Part shown: piece by piece, positions 57,595-64,000 of the stretch
How the letters are laid out: the number at the start of each line of letters is the position of its first letter
How positions within the stretch are numbered: position 1 is the first letter of the stretch
DNA from: Candidatus Latescibacterota bacterium
Lineage (GTDB): Bacteria > Latescibacterota > UBA2968 > UBA8231
NCBI GenBank assembly: GCA_963422735.1
Contig: OY730476.1
Coordinates: forward strand, 2,112,001-2,176,000
Length of the DNA: 64,000 nucleotides
Direction: 5' to 3'
Program-made: the position numbers and the translations under genes
The notes under the pieces: generated by a model
What the model saw: the letters and a program-made list of their open reading frames with translations, nothing else
Told to the model about the DNA's origin: nothing
The model's database searches: none

Positions 57595-58302
57595 ATGTTC
57601 CGCCGCATCCGCTACATCGCCGGGGTTTTCTGGCAATTTCGCTACTATCTCCTTTGCACGGGGCTGGCGCTAGCCTTTTGGGACACCGCGCTGATCAAGC
57701 CGTTCCGCTTCTTTGTGGTGCTGGTCCACGAGGTCAATCACGCGGCAGCAGCCCTGCTCACTGGCGGCGAGGTCCTCGAAATCCGCACCCATTGGGACGA
57801 GTCCGGGCACACCCTGACGAAGGGGGGCTTTTTCCCGCTGATTAGCGCGGCAGGCTACGTAGGGTCGGCACTGTGGGGGGCGTTGCTGATGTACACCTCG
57901 CTTTATCCGCAAGCGCAGCGTTTGGTGTTGCTCTGCATCGGCGCGGCCTGCGCGGGGATGACCCTGATCTACACGCCGCTGGAGGCGGGGGGGATTGATT
58001 TCGCTTTGGGGATCGGCGGCGGGCTGGTCTTGTGCATCATGGCCTGCAAGTCGAAGCGGATGGCGAGCATCGGCGCGGTGTGGATGGGGGTGATGCTCTG
58101 CCTGTACAGCCTCTACGACTTCCGCACCGACCTGTGGTACTATCCAGAGCGGACGGACGCCGGGATATTGTCGGCCCATTGGGGGCTGAATCCGTTGCAG
58201 GTGCCCTATCTGGCGTATCTGATTGCCTTGATTTGGGTGCTGGTGTCGCTGTCGTGCATGTATCGAGCGATGCGCGCTGTGGCCCTCAATCGGGGGCTTT
58301 AA
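57595..58302 (+). CDS. M50B-like membrane metallopeptidase
   Basis: HEVNH, LTGG, AGYVG, TDA; TM segments. Confidence 0.8.
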   Translation: MFRRIRYIAGVFWQFRYYLLCTGLALAFWDTALIKPFRFFVVLVHEVNHAAAALLTGGEVLEIRTHWDESGHTLTKGGFFPLISAAGYVGSALWGALLMYTSLYPQAQRLVLLCIGAACAGMTLIYTPLEAGGIDFALGIGGGLVLCIMACKSKRMASIGAVWMGVMLCLYSLYDFRTDLWYYPERTDAGILSAHWGLNPLQVPYLAYLIALIWVLVSLSCMYRAMRAVALNRGL

Positions 58303-58407
58303 CAATCGAAACGCCTCCCGGCGGGTTTTCCTATAGCAATTGAGTGCAATGCCCGATGCGCTGCGTTACCAAATAGCGCACGGAATCGACAGAAAGGGAT
58401 TAAAACC

Positions 58408-60177
58408 ATGCGAATGAGTCGGCTTTTCAGCCAGACCTTGCGCGAAGTTCCTACCGACGTGGAGGTAGCCAGCCACCAACTTTTGCTGCGAGCGGGCTTT
58501 ATCCGCCCACTGGCCAGCGGCATCTTCAGCTATTTGCCCCTAGCGCAGCGGTCGATGCACAAGATCGAGGACATTATTCGCCGCGAGATGGACGCCATCG
58601 GCGGCCAAGAGATCACCATGCCGGTGGTGCATCCGGCCGAACTCTGGCAGCGGACGGGGCGTTGGTACGCGGTTGGCACGGAGATGGGCCGTTTCCAAGA
58701 CAAAAACGACCGCGACATGGTGCTGGCCATGACCCATGAGGAAGTCGTAGCCGACTTAGTCAGCCGCGAGATCAAATCCTACAAGCAACTACCTCAGCTA
58801 GTCTATCATATCCAGACCAAGTGGCGCGACGATCCCCGCCCTCGCTCGGGCCTCATCCGGGTGCGCGAGTTCACCATGAAGGACTCCTATAGCCTCGACG
58901 CCGACTGGAAGGGCCTCGAAAAGCAATACCGCGCCCATTACCAGCAGTATTTCAACATCTTTCATCGCTGCGGTCTCGACGTACTCGCGGTCCGCTCGGA
59001 CACCGGGATGATGGGCGGCGAGCTGGCCCACGAATACATGTACCTAACGCCGATCGGCGAAGACACCCTGCTCTTGTGCGACGGCTGCGGGTACTCTGCC
59101 AACCGCCAGATCGCCACCTTCGCCAAACAGGCCAACCCGGCCGAAGCACCCGCCGCGCCCGAGAAAATCGCCACGCCCAATACCACCACCATCGAGGAGC
59201 TGACCGCGCTGCTCGACATCCCCGCGCACAAGACCGCTAAGGCGCTCTTTGTGATGGCCACTGTCGGCGACGGTCGGGACAAGAAAGACGCGTTTGTGCT
59301 GGCGGTTGTGCGCGGCGACATGGAAGTCAACGAGACCAAGCTGGCCAACGCGGTTGGTGCACTCGAAATGTGGCCAGCGCGGGACGAGGAAATACGCGCC
59401 GTCGGCGCAGAGGCAGGTTATGGATCGCCCATCGGCGTCGAGGGAGCACTGGTCGTCGTCGATGACTCAGTGGCATCCTCGCCCAACCTAGTGGCCGGTG
59501 CCAACGAGCCGGGCTACCACTTCGCCAATGTAAACCACGGCCGCGACTATAAGGCCGACGTGGTCGCCGATATCGCCACCGCCCGGCAAGGCGACGGCTG
59601 CCCTAACTGCGGCGCGGCACTGCGCGAATCGCGAGGGGTGGAAGTGGGCAACATCTTCCAGCTAGGCACCAAGTTCACCGAGGCACTCGGCGGTGATTTC
59701 CTCGACGCCGAGGGCAAGGCGCAGCCAGTCGTCATGGGGTCTTACGGGATCGGTGTGGGGCGGCTTTTGGCCTGTATCGCCGAAGAGCACCACGACGAAA
59801 ACGGCTTGGTGTGGCCCATCGCCGTCGCACCCTACCAAGTACACATCGTCCTCCTCGCCAAGGGAGAAGGCGCAGCGCAAGACGCGGCCGAGCAACTCTA
59901 CGCCGACCTCGCGGAGCGCGGTGTTGAAGTTCTTCTCGACGACCGCCGCGAAAACCCAGGGGTCAAGTTCAACGACGCCGACCTGATTGGGATACCGGTG
60001 CGGGTGACGGTGGGGGCTCGCGGTTTGCAGCGAGGGATTGTCGAGGTCAAGCTGCGGCGCGCAAAGGAGCGGCAAGAAACGCCGGTGGAGCAAGCGGTAG
60101 AGTGCGTGGTCGAGCAAGTAGAGAAGTTGCAACGCGAGTTGGAGGAGCGGGTGGTGGAAGTGGAGTACTTAGGATAA
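58408..60177 (+). CDS. proS: proline--tRNA ligase
   Basis: SHQLLLRAG, THEE, RVREFTMKDSYS, insertion editing domain, EVGNIFQLG, GSYGIG. Confidence 0.97.
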   Translation: MRMSRLFSQTLREVPTDVEVASHQLLLRAGFIRPLASGIFSYLPLAQRSMHKIEDIIRREMDAIGGQEITMPVVHPAELWQRTGRWYAVGTEMGRFQDKNDRDMVLAMTHEEVVADLVSREIKSYKQLPQLVYHIQTKWRDDPRPRSGLIRVREFTMKDSYSLDADWKGLEKQYRAHYQQYFNIFHRCGLDVLAVRSDTGMMGGELAHEYMYLTPIGEDTLLLCDGCGYSANRQIATFAKQANPAEAPAAPEKIATPNTTTIEELTALLDIPAHKTAKALFVMATVGDGRDKKDAFVLAVVRGDMEVNETKLANAVGALEMWPARDEEIRAVGAEAGYGSPIGVEGALVVVDDSVASSPNLVAGANEPGYHFANVNHGRDYKADVVADIATARQGDGCPNCGAALRESRGVEVGNIFQLGTKFTEALGGDFLDAEGKAQPVVMGSYGIGVGRLLACIAEEHHDENGLVWPIAVAPYQVHIVLLAKGEGAAQDAAEQLYADLAERGVEVLLDDRRENPGVKFNDADLIGIPVRVTVGARGLQRGIVEVKLRRAKERQETPVEQAVECVVEQVEKLQRELEERVVEVEYLG

Positions 60178-61505
60178 TGTTCGTCGAAGGCCACACCGAT
60201 CAACTCAGCTACCAGGCCGGTGAACAAGTGCGCTTTCACGTGGCCACCAGCGCGGACGAATACGCGCTGGAAGTGGCGCGGATAGGTGCCGAGCGCGAAG
60301 TGGTATGGCGGCAGGACCAACTGCCTGGAGCAGCCCATCCGGTGCCAGAAGACGCTTCGTCCAATGGCTGCGGCTGGCCGATTTCCTGCGAGTTGGAGGT
60401 GCCGGACGATTGGCGCAGCGGGTACTACGAGTTCGCGCTGCGCGTCGAGGACCAAGGCGGCAAGTTCGTGCGGCGGGGGCGGCGCACGGCCGAGAGCCGG
60501 GGCTTTTTCATCGTCCGCCCCGCAGGCCCCACGGACGCCCAAATCCTCTTGCAGTTAGCGACTAATACTTACAACGCCTACAACAACTGGGGGGGCTACA
60601 GCTTCTACGGCTATCACGGCCGCGGCGGCTTGCAGGGGCATCGCGTCTCCTTCGACCGTCCGCTGGCCGGGCTGTTCGACCGCTGGGAGCGCGACTTTGT
60701 CGAGTGGGCGGAGGGCGCTGGATACGCGCTTTCCTACTGCGCCAATTCCGACCTCGAATGGCATCCCGAACTGTTGGACAACTACCGGCTCGTGCTCAGC
60801 GTGGGGCACGATGAATACTGGTCGGCTCCCATGCGCGACCACCTCGAAGCCTATGTCGCCGCCGGGGGTAACGCCGCGTTTTTCAGCGGCAACTCGGTGT
60901 GCTGGCAGGTCCGCAGCGAAGACGATGGCCGGGCACTAGTGTGCTGGAAGCAACAGTTCAACATGGACCCAGCCTACGCCGCCGGAGACTACGCGAACCT
61001 TTCGACCTTGTGGAGTCACCACCTCGTGGGCCGGCCGGAAAACGAGTTGACCGGCGTCGGTTTCCTCTACGGGGGCTATCACCTCAGCCACGGGCAATAC
61101 TTGGACGGGCCCGGGGCGTTTGCAGTCCATCGTCCGGAGCACTGGGTTTTTGCGGGGACGGGCTTGCAGCGAGGCGATAGCTTCGGAGGCGAGCACACCA
61201 TCGTCGGCTATGAGTGCGACGGCTGCGAGTACGCGCTGGAAAATGGGCTGCCGGTACCCAAGGGTAGTTACGGCACCCCGGCGGACTTTACTATCCTGTG
61301 TACCGCCCCGGCGCGGTGGCACCCAGACGACAGCGAGTGGTATGAGCGCTGGGAAAAAGGCAGAGAGGGTACGGCGATCATGGGCGTCTATACTCGCGGC
61401 GGCACGGTATTCACCGCCGGGACAACCGACTGGTCGCACGGGCTTAAAGGAGACGCGACCGTTGCCCAGATTACCCGCAATGTTCTCGACCGGCTGAGCC
61501 AGTAG
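60177..61505 (+). CDS. N,N-dimethylformamidase beta-subunit-like (DUF6605) protein
   Basis: NGCGW, WRSGYY, TYNAYNNWGG, VSFDRP, VGHDEYWS, GYECDG; TAATG overlap with proS. Confidence 0.8.
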   Translation: MFVEGHTDQLSYQAGEQVRFHVATSADEYALEVARIGAEREVVWRQDQLPGAAHPVPEDASSNGCGWPISCELEVPDDWRSGYYEFALRVEDQGGKFVRRGRRTAESRGFFIVRPAGPTDAQILLQLATNTYNAYNNWGGYSFYGYHGRGGLQGHRVSFDRPLAGLFDRWERDFVEWAEGAGYALSYCANSDLEWHPELLDNYRLVLSVGHDEYWSAPMRDHLEAYVAAGGNAAFFSGNSVCWQVRSEDDGRALVCWKQQFNMDPAYAAGDYANLSTLWSHHLVGRPENELTGVGFLYGGYHLSHGQYLDGPGAFAVHRPEHWVFAGTGLQRGDSFGGEHTIVGYECDGCEYALENGLPVPKGSYGTPADFTILCTAPARWHPDDSEWYERWEKGREGTAIMGVYTRGGTVFTAGTTDWSHGLKGDATVAQITRNVLDRLSQ

Positions 61506-61625
61506 TGCTGGCATACCACTCCGTCCACGCGAAATGGAAAACGCCGCGGCCCCTGTTCAGCATGGAGGGCGGATAGAATGATGATTCCCGAGCTTGCAAC
61601 TTCCGCAGCCTACATGAAAAGCTTT

Positions 61626-61676
61626 AGAAGCTGTCTGCTTCACCCGGCCTTTGGGCAGGACCGGCGCGGTGAAGCC
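61626..61676. repeat. 44-bp palindromic repeat, copy 2, with MITE-like terminus
   Basis: AGAAGCTGTCTG terminus (11/12 to the 31609 IR) followed by CTTCACC...GGTGAAGCC. Confidence 0.85.
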
Positions 61677-62216
61677 CGCGGCGCACCCGGAATGTTCAGA
61701 CCGCTTCTTACATCGAAGCCACCCCTCTGCGCCACCCCCAACGGCTGTTGCGCTTGTGGAGCATACCCGCCATCGGGTGTCTGCGATGGCGAGCCGTGTT
61801 GCATACACACAAACCGAACCCGATCAAAAAGCATAGATACCCCGCACAAAGCAGCTTTCGACGAGTACTTGACCACCTACAACAACTCATCGCAGAGCCA
61901 ACCAAAATACAACATCAAATACCACACGTTATCAATATGTTGGTGTCATGTAGTTAGGGATGGATGTCTCGTATCTCGTTTCATCAATTTGAAATTTTCA
62001 TCTGCCAGTTTCTAAATATTTCGCGGGAGTTTTCGATAACACTCCCAAAAGGAGGGGTTTGCAAAGTGATTCACAATTCTTTGCACTTCCCTGTCCGGAA
62101 ATCCACAATTGCTTGATTAGCAAGTTGATTTCGCATCTTGCCAAACTTGCGGCATCGCCATCCAAAGCAGACGACCCCACAACGACGGCCACCCCACAAA
62201 GGCCCACTGAAAACCA

Positions 62217-62906
62217 ATGAGCCATTCCGTTCGACGCCATCTGCGCGTTGAAATCGAGGCATACGACCAGACCATCCGCGCTTTCATTCCCGCCTACGAG
62301 GAAATGCTAGCGCGAGCAGCAGATGCCGTGGCCGCAACCAAGCCAGAAAAAGTAATTGACCTCGGCGCTGGCACGGGCGCGTTGGCGCAAGCCGTATTGC
62401 AGCGATGCGAGGGAGCCAAAGTCGAGCTGATCGACGCCGATGCCGAAATGCTCGATCAGGCCCGCGAACGACTCGCGCCCTTTGCTGCACGAGCGCAGTA
62501 CACCGTGCGAGCGTTTCAAGGTACGCTACCTGCCTGCGACGCAGTAGTCGCCTCCCTCGCACTACACCACGTTCCCACCCTGGCCGAAAAACGGACGATC
62601 TTCAGCGCGATTCACGCTGCGTTGCGCCCGGGCGGCGCGTTCATCAACGCGGATGCGACCATGCCCGCCGATCCGTTCGCTCGCCAAGCCGAATACGAGA
62701 CTTGGGCGGCCCACCTCATCTCCTGCGGCATCGCCGAGGAGCGCGCTTGGACCCATTTCGAGGAATGGGCCGATGAAGACACCTACTTTCCAGTGGAAGA
62801 CGAACTCGCCGCGTTGACGGACGCCGGTTTTGACGCGGCCTGCCTATGGCGCGTCGTACCCGTCGCGGTTATAAAAGCAGCTAAATCCACTGAACAGGGT
62901 GAATGA
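62217..62906 (+). CDS. class I SAM-dependent methyltransferase
   Basis: VIDLGAGTG, SLALHH, LRPGG. Confidence 0.85.
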   Translation: MSHSVRRHLRVEIEAYDQTIRAFIPAYEEMLARAADAVAATKPEKVIDLGAGTGALAQAVLQRCEGAKVELIDADAEMLDQARERLAPFAARAQYTVRAFQGTLPACDAVVASLALHHVPTLAEKRTIFSAIHAALRPGGAFINADATMPADPFARQAEYETWAAHLISCGIAEERAWTHFEEWADEDTYFPVEDELAALTDAGFDAACLWRVVPVAVIKAAKSTEQGE

Positions 62907-63019
62907 CGAGTTGTAATGATGCTCTAGTGCGCCACCCCTCGCCTGCGGAACCCGCAAGCAGGAGATACCCGTGCGGCTTGGTATAGTCTCCGCCGATGAT
63001 TGACCGGAACCGATCAGGG

Positions 63020-63250
63020 TTGCATACCCCAGCAACGATTTGAGCAGCATGCTCGACAGTGCCTTCGGCTCGAAAAGCGTCAGGGTCAGGAAGGTGGTGC
63101 TGACCGGGATACCCCAGCGGGTCAGCAAGAGCAGGACGAAGGGCGGGACGCAGTAAATCCAGCTAAAGTGCTCAGGCACTTAGATCGCCTGAATCCTGTC
63201 ATAAGAAACATCCCCGTTATGTGCCACCCACCCATACACGAGGACCACCG
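63020..63250 (-). pseudogene. internal fragment of a membrane protein (PiT-like)
   Basis: YGWVAHNGDVSY...PPFVLLLLTRWGIPVSTTFL...MLLKSLLGYA with an in-frame stop; both ends missing. Confidence 0.5.
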
Positions 63251-63338
63251 CTTTGCTGTGCTCGGCAAAGAAATTTGGCCTCGGCCCGTTGCACCATTAT
63301 TTTTTCAGGTCACCATTCACCGCAGCCCCGAGCCATTT

Positions 63339-64000
63339 ATGATAGCTAAAATCCTCGCCGTCCTCGTCCTATTCGCCCTACCTATTCAAGCCAAAACTCG
63401 GATCGAAGCAGCCTATGCAGCCGGCGAACTCGACTTGGAGACGGCCTTGATCTACCAAGTCCTCAGCGTGCGCGCTCCCGACCAACTGCCGGCCATCTAT
63501 CGAGAGTCTGGTGGGCCGGCGGTTTGCGGGACCCCGCACCTAGTCCAAGCCATAAGCGCGGCCCCAGACCTGAGTCCCGACTACCGCGTGCGCTTGGGCA
63601 AGCTGGTGCAGCGCCGGACGGACGCCCAGCACAATCGCCTCTCGCCATCGGGGCGCTTTCGCGTCCACTACGATACTGAGGGGCGCAACGCGGTTTCGCC
63701 TAGGGACGACGACGCCAACGACATCCCGGACTACATCGACCTCGCTCTCGCCATCCTCGACAGCACTTGGGTGCTCGAAATCGAGCAACTCGGCTACAAT
63801 CCGCCTCCTTCGGACAACGGCTTGGGCGGTGGCGACGAATACGACGTTTATGTTGTCGAGCTAGGAGTCGGCAAGAGTTATTATGGGTTTGCCTATCCTG
63901 GCACGTCCGGCGCGACCACCTACAGCTACATCGAAATTGACAACAACTTCACCGACCCAAACTACAAGCAGACTCGCGAGTTGGACGCCCTGCGCGTGAC
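63339..64000 (+). CDS. secreted putative metalloprotease (MXAN_6640-like), truncated by the window edge
   Basis: Not in ORF track. MIAKILAVLVLFALPIQA signal; CGT, GRFRVHY, DIPDYID, YDVYV, YYG, SYIEIDNNF; open to 64000. Confidence 0.7.
   Translation, partial: MIAKILAVLVLFALPIQAKTRIEAAYAAGELDLETALIYQVLSVRAPDQLPAIYRESGGPAVCGTPHLVQAISAAPDLSPDYRVRLGKLVQRRTDAQHNRLSPSGRFRVHYDTEGRNAVSPRDDDANDIPDYIDLALAILDSTWVLEIEQLGYNPPPSDNGLGGGDEYDVYVVELGVGKSYYGFAYPGTSGATTYSYIEIDNNFTDPNYKQTRELDALRV

Noticed and set aside
55449-58407. T-box riboswitch before thrS, or a Pro leader/T-box before proS
   Set aside because: No T-box consensus is visible; 58303-58407 has no Pro-rich ORF and only a weak hairpin.
61690-62200. 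Possible IS200/RAYT transposase remnant beside the 44-bp repeat
   Set aside because: Only a faint AFDEYL resemblance; no HUH or catalytic Tyr motif can be read.

Overview
GC-rich bacterial chromosomal window with no rRNA, tRNA or CRISPR array that I can see. It is mostly catabolic accessory genes: nine intact and two broken PhyH-family Fe(II)/2OG dioxygenases, four enolase-superfamily enzymes, three HpcH aldolases, uxuA, an IlvD/Edd dehydratase, a sulfatase and glycoside hydrolases. It also carries two CRTAC1/ASPIC-UnbV proteins and the housekeeping genes hemJ, thrS and proS. This content resembles sponge-associated candidate phyla such as Latescibacterota or Poribacteria (inference only). 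About 16 pseudogenes or gene remnants, mostly with short deletions, are scattered among intact genes, including every defence gene. The best observations absent from the ORF track are: (1) a Thr-rich leader peptide with a complete terminator/antiterminator attenuator upstream of thrS; (2) an exact 7x7-bp heptamer array inside a PhyH gene, flanked by a perfect 36-bp duplication of coding sequence, with related arrays elsewhere; (3) a small uncharacterised protein paired twice with a downstream PhyH gene; (4) PhyH paralogues whose HxD iron ligand appears replaced by HxG/HxS (halogenase-like); (5) a nested MITE/REP-like repeat family; (6) a collapsed segmental duplication. Family calls come from my recognition of motifs, not from database searches.
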